From positions 84,632,001-84,696,000 of the forward strand of contig OZ076409.1 in the NCBI GenBank assembly GCA_964187785.1: 64,000 nucleotides of DNA, given 5' to 3'. The notes below the pieces were generated by a model. It searched no databases and was not told the DNA's origin. It saw only the letters and a program-made list of their open reading frames with translations. A program made the translations under genes and the position numbers. This document shows, piece after piece, positions 50,591-63,000 of the stretch; position 1 is the first letter of the stretch; each line of letters begins with the position of its first letter. Source of the DNA: Amphiscolops sp. MND2022 (taxonomy: Eukaryota).

Positions 50591-52079
50591 CAAACCAAAC
50601 TTTGTTTCATATAATCACACCGTTAAGAATCTGATTGAACAAGTTAATTTCAAAACACCAAACATTTCGTGATTCATTTAAAGGAAGAACGACAGGCCTA
50701 ACCAGTCGTAATTCATTTGACATTAACATGCAGTTCAATATATTTCACATCCTTAACAACATAATTATTAGAGATTCGATTTGTACAATCAGTAGTCATT
50801 TTTACCCATCGTTGTAATAGTAGTGAAGTCATGTCAACAACCACGAATTTCAGTCGTCATTAGTATATGGAGCTTCGTTTTATACATTTAGAAAGGTATT
50901 ACCAAATATATGTAAAAGTTTGGTAATCATCTTTACGACTATACTCATTAGTTATCAATTAGTACGTGCTGTGAAATTAATGATCAAAAATGTTTAACAG
51001 TGCGATAACCGCGGAGAAAGTTCAATTATGCTGATTAATAACGACTGAAGTAACCAGCGGTACTACGCACCATAATGTGATAATTGGCAGCTTAATCGCC
51101 AACTAACCAAATAGGCGCACTCAATCAAGTGTTACTAACGCACAATTGAGGATTTGAAGTTGCTATTGCGCAATAGATATTAATCAGTAGATTTTGAGTA
51201 GCCGTGAGATTCAGTTCGTACTTTGCAATTTTTACATTTGTTAAACCAAATTAGTAAGATCTGAACATTAGTACCTTTTAAACATTTTACCAATTCAAAC
51301 TGAACCAAACCAAATTTTCTCTCCGTGGTATTTACGAGATCTCAGTCTAACAGAAATTACAGAATTGATCGGTTCGAAATGAATACGTTTAGCGATGATT
51401 ATAGTAATGCCAGCATTCCCGACCTTTCCTCAAGAAACTACTTTGCAGAAGTATTAAAGAAGCTATCTGATCTCAAGAAAGAGATCATGAAAGACATAGG
51501 ATATAGCAGATCTCAAGAAAGAGATCATGAAAGACATAGGATATAGCAGAGGTTTATGGATATGAACAGGCAAATTAGGGAATTAACCAGTATGGATTAA
51601 CCAGGATTCTCAGAACAAGACAAAATAGCCAATTTTTGAAATTAGAATAATTTAGAGGGATTGGCAGGAAATTAAAAAGTTAAAAGGTAGTCTTCTCCAA
51701 TATTCTTGTTCAACAACAATAATGGTAATGATGGTAGTTGAAAAGATGGAAATTTCTCCTAACCTGATTGATTTGTTTGGAAATGAAATTATGTAATTAT
51801 GGTTGAGCCAAAAGTATTAAACACATTGTTACCGGAGTTAAAATATCCAACAACAAATAGTCAATGAGGAATTTCCATTCGACACATTGTTGTTTTATTT
51901 CCCTAATTAGTATTCTTTTTATGTTATTTAGCATTGATCAATGCACATACTTGATGAGCGAAAAAGATTGCTATTTTGTCAATTTTGAGTATCGCTCATT
52001 CTAAACCCATTTTGAAAATCAGCTCGCTGGAATGACAAATTCATTCTGTACTGAGGGTATTAACTTCATTGAGTCTCAC

Positions 52080-52410
52080 CTTTTCTGGCTAGAATGAGAG
52101 CTACAAGCTTCTTGCTGTTATTCTGATTATTTTGCACTGGCAAAATGACATCATCTTCGCCGATTGTTTCATCATCCTCCAAGCTTCTCCCCAATTTTGC
52201 GCCAATAACTTTTTCGAAATCTTGCGGCGGAACTCCACATGGTTCCGCGTTTTTCACTGCAACATGGGCTTCTGTCAGCACGGTGCCTTCACTCAAATTT
52301 CCCACGGCAACCAAGCTTTTGCCCAGTTTCCTTTTCATAGGAGCCTCAATGGCAAGCAATCGTTTTTCCGGAGATCCGAAAGACGTTTCAATGGTGCGAA
52401 TTTCCTTGAC
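52080..52410 (-). CDS. NANS: NANS-CMAS fusion gene, junction exon (NANS SAF domain, linker, first strand of CMAS)
   Basis: ttacag|GTC AAG (phase 0) to AGA AAA G|gtgaga (phase 1). Encodes VKEIRTIETSFGSPEKRLL...KLGKSLVA...EGTVLT...VKNAEPCGVPP...EDDETI (NANS C-terminus), then without a stop QNNQNNSKKLVALILARK(G), the CMAS start. Confidence 0.93.
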
Positions 52411-52752
52411 CTGTAAGAGATATTGACATTAGAGAAGACTAAGAGCACCACTTGAAACGAATGGAGCGGTTATGAAGGATTAAACGCGATGGTTCAGTGA
52501 AACCTAGCATACAATTAAAACAAACTTGGAGGTACTAAGGAAACAAAAACACTGGAAGTAAGTATCTCGAGAAATTCTTGAAGTTTGATTTGAAAGTTAG
52601 ATAGAACAGGTAGCTCGGTTCTAAAAAGTTTCGTACAAAAGCTGGTATAATAAAGATTTTTGATAGATTGAATCTAATTTTCTCAACTTTAGTTTCCATT
52701 TCTCTTTAATCGGTTACATGATGCTCATTATCTTCACTAAATAAGTAATTAC

Positions 52753-53066
52753 CAGAGTAGACAGCTCTTGCATGTCCAGAGATGCTTTGTGATCCGACCC
52801 CTTCCATGTTTTATCCAAAGTGACGTGTCGTTCTACAACTCTGGCTCCCATTGCAACGGCTGCCAGAGAAATGGAGATTCCAGTCTCGTGTCCTGAATAG
52901 CCAACAACGACATCTGGAAAACTGTGTTGGTATGTTTGGATCACGGATAAGTTCACGTTCTCGCTCGACACAGGGTATGCCGAAGTGCATTGTAGGAATG
53001 CGAAGTTCGAATGGTATTGCTTCACTGTGGAGTAGACCCGGTACATTGTTTCCATGTCTTGCATTC
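52753..53066 (-). CDS. NANS: NANS-CMAS fusion gene, NANS catalytic-barrel exon
   Basis: caacag|GA ATG (phase 1) to CTG|gtaatt (phase 0). Encodes MQDMETM...FLQCTSAYP...GYSGHETGISISLAAVAMGARVVERHVTLDKTWKGSDHKASL, near-identical to animal NANS motifs. Confidence 0.95.
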
Positions 53067-53690
53067 CTGTTGGCAGAAACATTTTACCTTCTCAGAAAGA
53101 TGAATACCAGAAAAATATATTGGTACCTTGATGAAAAATCCTTGAAATCTCTGCATGTCCCTACAGAGCTTTTTTCACAGAAAAGAAACTTCTAGGAAAG
53201 ACTTATCGAAAATTCCGTACACAAAGCGGCTGGTTTTAAATCATTTTCATCATAAAGCATTATATCGAAAAACATAGAGATGATGATGATGGATTTTTTT
53301 GGAAATATGATCATCTTCCTCAGTAGGCTAATCGTTTATTATTACAGTTTCGTCTAGGTCTAATTCTCTACCTGTTTCAGGTTGCACAGAAATCTACAGT
53401 TTGTCAAAATCGGAGTGCTTGACGCGTTCTATTTTCTGGGTTTTCCGCATGCGGTAACTTTAATGACAAAGAATTACAGAGGTTGAAACTCTTGTCCGAT
53501 GCGAAAATGTGTCCATACATGTATTTTATTTTCTCTATTCATCTCACTAAGAAAGGTTACTACGCTCTTGTAGATCTCCCAAGTCGCTCAGCACTCATGA
53601 TGGACTGAAGTTAGTAAAGGAGAAAACTTGGATTTGAAGTATTAATGGAGATAAAAGTACAAAAGAGTTGAAAAGATGGCAAGTCATTGT

Positions 53691-55344
53691 TGTCGCAGAC
53701 TGCCGCATGCGACGGTATTTTTTACCAAGTTGCCCCGGAGAACGAGAACACTCTGCCCAGCCCTGGTGTTCTACCGATCTAAAATTAACTCCAGAACTCT
53801 TAATTTACACTTAGTTTAATAATTTAGTACATGAAGTGTTCAATTGCGTTGAGTTTTACCTATTTAGACCAGTTTTCCAGTTTATTATTTTGACCCAAGG
53901 TCAAATTGACTGCGATATACTCATTGGATCTTGTCAATTAACCAATATGTTGCTTCATAGATCAATGTATTTGCTTCGATACATAATTGTGATCTTGTAC
54001 TCAAGGTCTAAAGTGCAAAGAATAATAATGAATGTAAAATACAGCGAAGTTACTTTCTGTACAAAAATGAATTGATTGAGATGCTAGTAATTGCAAGAAG
54101 GAAACGCATTCAACTGGTACAGCGATGCAGTCCAGTTGACACGTGGTCGGATTAGCAGTTACCCAATCAGATTGCTTGTGCATTTAGATATTAACTGCTG
54201 TCACTAGGACGATGCGTCCACTTACAAATACATGTCATTAGTTAGTCCGTTGGTTCAGTTACTTTGTAACTGTGTTTCTTTAGTAGTAGATTACATAAAT
54301 TGTTGCTGTTAACGTGCATGTAAGTATGTTAATTCAATTAGAATGATTCCATGACCCATGATTTAAGTTGACGTCATATTTGCCTTATGTCCCATTTATA
54401 GGTATCATACCGTAATTGATAGGGTGTATCTATTTTTATCGAGACATCATGAGTTATTTTTGTAACATGACGACCTAAATAATGAGTGTCATGGTGCTAA
54501 AAGTATAAATACCAAGAGACCGGGACTTCGATGATGATAATTCTACTACGATACCACTGCTGAGACAACTCGTTCTATCTCAGACTTGCAATATCCCTCG
54601 AATTTCCGTGGCGATGTTTGCCTTTAATTTTATTCCAATCTTACTACTGAGTAATTTCTTTGCCATGCCTTCAACTAGAAAGCAAAAGGCCCGAGAGAAA
54701 CGCTCTAGGTAATCTGACGTAATGTCAGATATGGAAAAAATGGTTATCTTGATGGGAAATTTCCCTGAAGATGACTTTGGAAGGCAAGAAGTAGGAGAGT
54801 TAGATGCTGACCTTGAGTCAGATGGACTGCATAGAGAGGCTAGTCAGGCAGGTGAAAACTTTAGGTCACTTCTGAACACCAATACAAGTGGAAACAGTGA
54901 ATTTACGGCTGAAACTAGTAAACCAATTATTTCAGAATTGTCTAGGCAGTTAGAAGAGGTTAGAATGGACCTGAATGCTCACGTTCTTGAAGCCATTATC
55001 TCAGCAATTGAAGAAAAGGTGCTAGCAACCATCCAAAACGCGTTAGAAGCGAATTGCGATAATTTGAGTGCAAAATTGGACCCTCAGTCAGACGGACTGC
55101 ATCTGGGCAAAATTGCCCAAGCGGCTCAGAAATATGACAATAGGTCAGATGGACAGCATCTGAGCAATATTGGCTAAATGGCTCAGAATTTTGACCCTCG
55201 GTTAGATGGACCAAGACAAAAATGGCGGAATATACAACAAAACACGTGTAGATTTTCCTAAAATGAAATCTACAAAGAGTAACCATAATAATCACCTCAG
55301 AGAGAGTTCAATAGAATCTTGTGAGAGTGATGAAAGTTACGACA
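53691..55344 (+). mobile_element. Solo-LTR-like element (1654 bp) containing a gag-like ORF, related to 42429-43976
   Basis: TGTCG...CGACA termini. 5-bp TSD ATTGT at 53686-53690 and 55345-55349. ORF from ATG 54665 (MPSTRKQKAREKRSR*SDV). CCAAT (~54163) and TATAAATA (~54504) upstream. Confidence 0.85.
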
Positions 55345-58300
55345 ATTGTGACTTCAAAGTTACAGTTGTGAAGCATTGCAAGTAATTGGGTACAGCTGAG
55401 AACTTAAATTGCTTAGCAGATAATCAGATTTGCAAAGTCTGAGGTTCAGGTTGAATTAAGTGCTGTTTTGGAAAACTGCTCGGTTTTGTTGTTCTGTCTC
55501 TTTTTTACCGGTTCATGCTTTTTTAGCAGCTTGACAGTATTTTTCCTCAGAATTGCCCAGATGTCATTATTTCATGAAAGTCGAACTAAGAAACCATAGG
55601 ATTCCTAAAACCAGCACATTGGAAATGGAATATGTTTTCGATGGAATAGAAGCTTACATGACCTGATATCTAAGTCTATAGGATAGTTCCATTCTGATTT
55701 CCCCGAGTTGATCAGACACTCCTTATACCTCTAAAAACAATGTGGAACGCCTCGTCAGAAGGTTAATTCGGATTTGTACTGGGTATGTGATATCACTTCA
55801 TAAACGCTTTTGGTATAAAACGCATTTGGTATCCAAAATAACAAAAACAACTAATTCATCATGTGTAAAATCGCAGCCGACGTTTAATGAAGGCACATTG
55901 CATTATACCGAAATGTATCAAGTGCTGTCACAAGTAGATGGAAAGTTTTGGTTAACATTTGTTTTGGCCATTTTGAAAAAAAGGTAATTTTAGTTCTAAT
56001 GCTGCACACAGGTTACACACAGACATTGGTCGGTGACAAGTTAGAAAAGCTGCCGTTCAAGTTGGCCTGGAAGCACGTAGCGAACATTATATGAACATAA
56101 AAGGAAGGAAGGAATATAGAACGCTAGATAAGATCAAACAGTTTTTACACAGAATACAGTGAAACAAAAAATGCCCGATTCTTACATGGACCCCCTTCTT
56201 TTCTCCAGACCACAGACCTCAGTCTAAAAGGTCCACTTTTTTTCAGAAATTCGATAGGCCTTACCATCTTACTAGATAGCAAACTCGGGTGCTTCCAGAG
56301 GGTGCCATAGTTTCTGAAGCTTTTTTCGTTATTAGAAATCGCAGAAGTTTTTGTTTTACTGTTTTTTTGGCAATATTAGACTTTTTCCTCGATTATTTTT
56401 TATTTCGCCAAAGGGTCCCGTCTTTGGATATTTTGGTTTTTTGCACCCACTGGATATTAAAAAAGCCCAAATGATCCGGAAACAGAAGTATGACTCTGGC
56501 TTATATTTTCGCAAAGGTATTATCTTCCTTCTTAAATATCGAAGGAAGTCGATCGCTACAGTATGTAGAACTGTATCACCTTCAGTAACCTATCTAGGGG
56601 TAGGCAAACAAACCGAACGCACATTTTTCCAAACGCACACACGGGAATTCCGGATCATGAAGGAAAATGGACGTTGTAACATGGAACTCGACCCCCATTT
56701 CGCGATAGTTTATGCATTTCATCGGAATGTGAGAATTTGTGATATCTAGAGGTAATGTAGTGGGATTTTTGTTATCACAAGTGCGGAACGTGTAAACCCA
56801 TGAAACTGAAGCAACTGTGGTAGAAACCTCGGCTGACTTCATTCAAGTTAATGAACTACGTTGAACAATCAGTAACGAAGGTTTATTCGGGTGTACAGGA
56901 ACTGAGACGCGTGCTATGCTAGATGTAAGCGTGACAGCGATCAAATGCGAACTCAAAATGCCCGCGACCAGTATTGTAAATGTCAAATATGACAGAATGT
57001 AATGATGAGATGCGATGTAATTCTTGTAATTCTTTGACTGTATGTGGTATGCCAACAAAACTCAAGACGATTCGAAACATATATAGAGAGGCAGAACCGA
57101 GCTAGAAGGCTTGGAGACAGTTGATTCTCCAGAGGACAAAATACGTGCTTCTCGCGAACGAAGTTAGTGTCTGAGGCTGACTCTGACCTTGAAATAGCAA
57201 GAGTAGATTTTTTCGACAGCTCACCGAGCTGGATTATTGAAGATTTCGATAGGCTGAATTGTGGATCTCGATCTTAGCCAGTTTTGTTTGATGATTATAA
57301 AGAATCGATTTGATTAGCACAATCAAAAGTTAGGGTCTCAGAAAAATCTCTGCGCTCTCGAAATCTAAAAATTTAAATCTACAACTAGAAGTAGTTCAAC
57401 GTTTCGAAATTGTACTTTTTCCGGATAGTACTCTACTCAGAGCGGCTCTTTTCCAACAGTTTTTTTCGAAATGGCCTGAAAGGAGTGAAATGTTTTTATT
57501 ACAACGTCTTCTAGATTACCTTTTGATTGGAACATTTTTTCCCACTCAATTTGAGTGCAACTGCGCTCGTATTATGTCTTGTAGGCTTCAAAAACTTTTG
57601 CAGTTGACTTCGTAGTCACGATTGTGTGACTTCATGAGGAGAAAAAGTGTGAACAAAGTTTATATTCGGATCTTAAACTGTCACCTTGAAATTATCTACA
57701 GAATGAAGGCTGAATTTCCATGTGAAGGAATTGTCAAGCTTCTCTCAGATTATAAAATGGCAATTTCATCATCAATAAAAAGTTGATGCCTAAGGAAAAA
57801 GAAGTACATGATAAGATGCAATTCAGTATCTCAAATGATCTGTAAGTATTGGTAATAGGCTGAATATTGGACTGTTTTTTAGTGAACGTTGTTTTGTTCT
57901 TGTTTCAAACTAGTTCATTTCTACCTGCATTATAAATCAAATGCTTACAGAAGGAAAACTTTTTTGAGGGTTTTAAATGGCTCGCAATCCCTTGTCAAAC
58001 CAAAGTATCTAGAAAACATCCAGTATACAGCTAGAATTAATGCGAAAACTGAATGCCAATTATGCATTGATCAGATCTAACGAATACAAAAGTCTGATGA
58101 ATAAATGATGGAAAATAAAAATAAGGATATAAGGATATGAGATAAATTTCGCACGTCTGAAAACCTGGAAACGACATATAAGCTTGATAAAATTCAATTG
58201 AAACAGTGAATTTTTATGCATTTTTATGGCTTGGATGTTTCCTTGAGAGTTTGTGAAAATAAAGCATGATAAATTTGCAAGGGAACGTACATAAACTTGT

Positions 58301-58449
58301 AAAAAGTTCAACCAGTTCCAAATAGCGTTGCTGATACCAGATGTCAAAATGGCGTGTTTACACAGCTGAAGGTCGCTACGATTTAAAGTTATTGTGTTAT
58401 TCAAATCAGATCATGATTATACATGAATATGAATAAAAAAACATATATT

Positions 58450-59001
58450 AACAAGCCGAGAACGGCCAAAGTCGGCGCCATATCTAAGGCTCAAAATTTA
58501 AAAGGGGGACCCTTGGGGCTTTGTGAAACTCCAGCTGGTTGCAAAAAATTTTAAAAAATTGAAGGGGGGACCCTTTGGAGACATGAAAAAATTTCCCAAA
58601 AAAATTTTCTTAATGAGATTTTTGAACAGTGTCACAGTGCCGAAAAATGTAAAAGGGGGGACCCTTTGCGATTTTTTGACATCCATTGTGTTGCAAAATA
58701 TCGAAACAAATGAAGGGGGGACCCTCTGGTGCAATCCAAAAAACTTCAAAAAAAGTCGCATAGTGCCGAAAAAAAGTGGCGCTAAGGTGGGATCTTTAGT
58801 GTGTTTTCGAGGTTGTGGACGTCTGTTTTGTTTTTTCTTTTCGTTTGGGACGCGCTTCTGAGGTTGGAGTTGTTGAGGTTTGAAGTTGTTGAGGTTTGAG
58901 GTTGTTGAACAAATGAACAAAAAAGTGGACCTTTCGTGTCTAAAAAAACTACCCACTGTAATAGTCGGGCACCTTTTCTACTGACATGCGCCGACTAAAA
59001 A
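58450..59001 (-). mobile_element. HINE family A copy
   Basis: AACAAGCCGAGAACGGCCAAAGTCGGCGCC at one end; ATAGTCGGGC...GCGCCGACTAAAA at the other; internal short GAGGTT repeats. Confidence 0.75.
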
Positions 59002-59340
59002 CATTGACATGCATATCAGCGTTTTTTCTGTTTTTTGATTCATAACCATATATAAGCATGATCTGCCTTGAATAATAAAAATTACTGACAGGCAGCTTGA
59101 TAAAATTAAATTGAATCAGTAAAGTTCTAATGCATGGAAGTCTCCTTAAGAATTTTATAAAATCATGAAAAATTACCTTGGTAACCTGAAAAAACTTGTA
59201 AAAAGTTCAAGCAGTTTCAACCAAGATTACCATTAAGTGTTTTTCAAACTTATGAAAACCAGTTCCTATCAAGGAGACATTGTTTGAAATACACGTTATG
59301 CCAACCCTGGTTAGATTCCTGGCAATGGTTTCAAACAAAC

Positions 59341-59606
59341 CTGAGCTTATAACAAGAGGAATGTTCTTCTGGGCTAAATACTCAATGAACTTCAAATTGC
59401 CCGCGTCCACGCTGGCTACCTTTATGAAAGGTGCCCCCAATTGAATGAGGAAGTCGACCGCTTTGTAGTCCCATGCAGAGGCCGAAAACAGCACATTGTT
59501 GTCATCTGCGCACTTCTTCAACTGCCGGTACTCTTCTTCGGAAAACTCCAGGTACAGCTTATGCTCTCCATAGGTCTTGCCCCAGCTTTGGGGAGTGTTG
59601 TACGGT
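59341..59606 (-). CDS. NANS: NANS-CMAS fusion gene, most 5' visible exon (NANS barrel)
   Basis: tttcag|A CCG TAC (phase 2) to TCA G|gtttgt (phase 1). Encodes PYNTPQSWGKTYGEHKLYLEFS...FSASAWD..AVDFL...PFIKVAS.D...PLVISS(G), matching human NANS PYTSKHSWGKTYGEHKRHLEFS...PMVISSG. The N-terminus was not found and is probably beyond 64000. Confidence 0.95.
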
Positions 59607-60217
59607 CTGAAATTGTTTTTTGTATAAAAAAGAAAATAAATTGCATTGTGTCAGACTTACGTGAAAGTACTTAAGTACTTGCAGATCTACTGGATTCAAC
59701 ACTGGATGCTTACTGAATTTTCTATGTATCATGAAAGATATTTCTGTATGCAGGTTTGCAGCATGTGAAAAGATCCAGCAGTCTCGACTAGGTCTTCCTT
59801 ATTTTGGTCTCGAGTAGATCTGGGGTTTGAATTTGGTGAAAAGATTGGTATGAAATATCCCACATGGCCATACTTTGAACTCCCAAAAACGTTTCCTGAG
59901 AACGTTTTTTACATTAAAATCTTGATTTCCAACTTCAAAATAAACGTAATACTTTTTTTCAGCTTTCATTTCATTACACGATCATTTAAAACCTACGATC
60001 AATTTATATCAGATTTCCAAAAGTCAATTTCATCTCAGCTTAATTACTAAATCTGTGTCGAAAAAAGGCTTCCGGGGAAGTTTAGAATCTTGCAAAAGTC
60101 AATCACCGAATCTTTGAAGAGTGATCTAGATATATCATTACAAAAACGCTCATATTTTTTGAAATTATGTTTGGGAGTATTCCATTTGAGAATGATATAT
60201 AGACACTTTGTTATACA

Positions 60218-63000
60218 GGAAAAGGAAAAGGAAAAGGAAAAGGAAAGGAGAATTTATTTGAGAGGATATACAATAGTATAAGTTAACAGGAGTTTATTTA
60301 ACTTACAAATATTTCATCCAATCAGGACAGAAAATGAGCTTAAGCAGCTCTTCAAGTTTCTGCCCCACATCAAAAACTGAAAGTTTGAGGGAGAAAAGTT
60401 CAAAATATTTCTACAATAATATCACTCAGTTCAATTGGAAAACGTATGGTACAGTCATGAAAGTGTATCGAAGATCGATATGCTAACATTACTACCTATG
60501 ATATAAAGTTCTGAAATTTTTTTCAATTGTAGAGAAATTTGCAAGTTACTCAAACGCCTGATTTCTTTGGGAATCAAATCCTTGTTTTTAAGCCAGTTGT
60601 ATGCTTGCCGTAATCTATTTTCAACCGATATCGATTCAGTGACAGTCCGGCTATAGGGGATAGATAACAGTCCCTTTTTGTTCCTTCCTAGTACAATATG
60701 AATGATTACCAGCTTTATTTAGTTATTTAGTGAACTGAGAGGTGATTTAGTTCTCAATTGTTTGAAAACTTCTGCGAAAAGCTCCATTAGGTATATTTCG
60801 AATACAGTCGAAATTTTGTTCCGTTCGAAAAAAAATCCGACACTATCGTACTTATTTCTGAAGAAAATTGCCTGTAGTATTCTTCGTTGAGCCTTTTCAA
60901 TTTTATAGCGATTACTTTTCGCTGCACTCCCATAGGTCAGTATTCCATAAGATATGATTGATTTTGCAAAGGAATTGTAAAACATTAATAAGCACTTTAT
61001 CGGATAAATATCACGAACTTTATAAATCATCCCACTGAATTTATTCAATTTCTTTACAATGTGCTCAATGTGGTCATGAAAAAGTAGTTTTTAGTCGGCG
61101 CTTTTCGAAGAAAAACGCAGACTATAGTAGTGACTTCTTTTTTTTAAGACCAACGAACTGACAGATTTTATAAATTTTATAAGTTGGTACTAAACCGGCG
61201 CGAACACTAAACTGTGTCACGCTACTTCACTGCCACTTGGCCACTACGACTTTTTCGAGGTCTGACGAGCAGAATGACATGGGTTCGAGTCCCGCCATGA
61301 CCAAAATTTTTTTGTGCAAATTTGTTTTTTCGGCTTTGTGAGACTTTTTTCGCAAATATCTCCAAATGGTCCACCCTTCATTTTTTTGTCTATTTTGCAA
61401 AAGAATGGATGTTAAAAAACTTCCAAAGGGCCCCATTTTACATGTTTTGGCACTATGCGACTTACGGGAGACCAAAAAAATTTAAAAAAATTCAAAAAAA
61501 ACCGGAATTTTTTTTTCAATTTTTCCTCAAACGGGTACTGTAGAAGAGAATACTTGACACTTTGAAGTCCTTTTGTTATTTTTGAGCCTTAGACATGGCG
61601 CCGACTTGGGCCGTTCCCGGCTTGTTTATCTAAGTATACTCCAAGGTATTTACATGAGTTTCGCTTAGGAAGTTTCTCGTTATTAAGTGTCAAATCGTTC
61701 GGTATACCAATCCCAAAGTTCACGACTTCACATTTCGAAATGTTTAATGACAGTTTGTTGTAACAAAACCAGTTGTTTATTCGATCCAAGTCCGTTTGTA
61801 AAAAACATTGATTTTTTCCAGCTTTCACTATAGAAGTATCGTCTGCAAAGGTGGCTATTTTGCTACTGTTTCCAATATAACTGGGCAAGTCATTGATATA
61901 GACTAAAAACAGGAAAGGTCCCAAGATCGATCCTTGAGGCACGCCAGTATTGATCTGTAGTTTATCATTCCTATCGTTAACGGTCTCTATATATTGGTAT
62001 CTATTGGCTAAATAGTCCATCAAAATTTCGAAGATTGGTCCTCTGTAACCATAGGCATATAATTTTTTCAATAATATTGAATGATCTAGGGTATCAAACG
62101 CTTTCTGGAGATCGATAAAACACGCTTGACCCGTTGATTTTTTGTCAATTTTTTCTCTTATGTAGTCAGTTACAGTACTGACTGCATGAACACACGATCG
62201 CTTTATTCGGAACCCAAATTGCTCCGATGCAAACAATTTACGATTTACGAAAAACTGAACCATGCGATTGTACAAAAGTTTTTCAAAGATTTTGCTAATA
62301 GAACATAACAAACTTATCGGCCTGTAGTTCTCGGGAGAAATTTTATCTCCTTTTTTGAAAATAGGAACAACTTTCGCTAGTTTTAGGAATTCCGGAAACT
62401 TTCTTTTCGAGATGCTCATATTGAAAGCTTCACTCAAATTTTTCTCAATTACTGGGGAACAGTGTTTCAGCATTTCGTTGCTCAGTCCGTCATGACCAAC
62501 ACTTTTTTTGTTTTTTAACGCGTTTATTATTTGTGCGACTTCATTTTGTCACAGTAAGTGAGTACCATTGTCTTTTCAAAATTTGGTACGTTCACTGGGC
62601 TATCGTATTCTGGGACTTTTTTTATAGGATTTCTCCGATGGATGTGAAATATTCATTAAGTTTTTTGATGTCTGGGATGTTATTTTTGGGTTCATCTTTT
62701 GCCAGTTGATATTTCAGTGTGCGGTATATGGTTTTACTGGACGGATTATTTCCAAGTTTTTTGTAGTTACAATCACGCTTGGCATTTCTTATTAGTGATG
62801 TAACTATGTTTCTTTGTCTCTTGTACAGATCTCTGTTTATTTCATTTGGCGATTGGACCCATTGGTGGAAAAGTTTGTCTCTTTTTGTTATAGCGTTTCT
62901 AATTTCATTCGTAATTTCATACAATCTGCAGTTAACATTTTTCGAATTGACAACCAATAAAAGGAACTCATTGTTTCTAAATTTGACAACCTTGGACATA
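60218..63000 (-). mobile_element. 5'-truncated or interrupted LINE (RT; L2/CR1-like group) with a microsatellite tail
   Basis: ORF 61589-62473 contains ENYRPISLL, FIDLQKAFD, GVPQGSILGPFLFLVYINDL, FADD and KYLGVYLD. It continues in 60719-61087. AATAAA on the minus strand at ~60294-60299 and (CTTTTC)n at ~60218-60248. Confidence 0.9.
61088..61626 (+). mobile_element. HINE family A copy inserted into the LINE RT ORF
   Basis: TTTTAGTCGGCGC start and GGCGCCGACTTGGGCCGTTCCCGGCTTGTT end. Removing it rejoins YLGVYLDK with KLLFHDHIEHIVKKLNKFSG. Confidence 0.85.

Noticed and set aside
52066..52079. Stand-alone NANS ending at the TGA near 52066 (ORF-track end 'GETQ*')
   Set aside because: A strong donor AAG|GTGAGA precedes it, and the CMAS motif is split exactly across this intron in the correct phase. 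An intron-retained isoform cannot be excluded.
56560..57200. Possible solo LTR
   Set aside because: No matching TG...CA ends with a TSD could be established.
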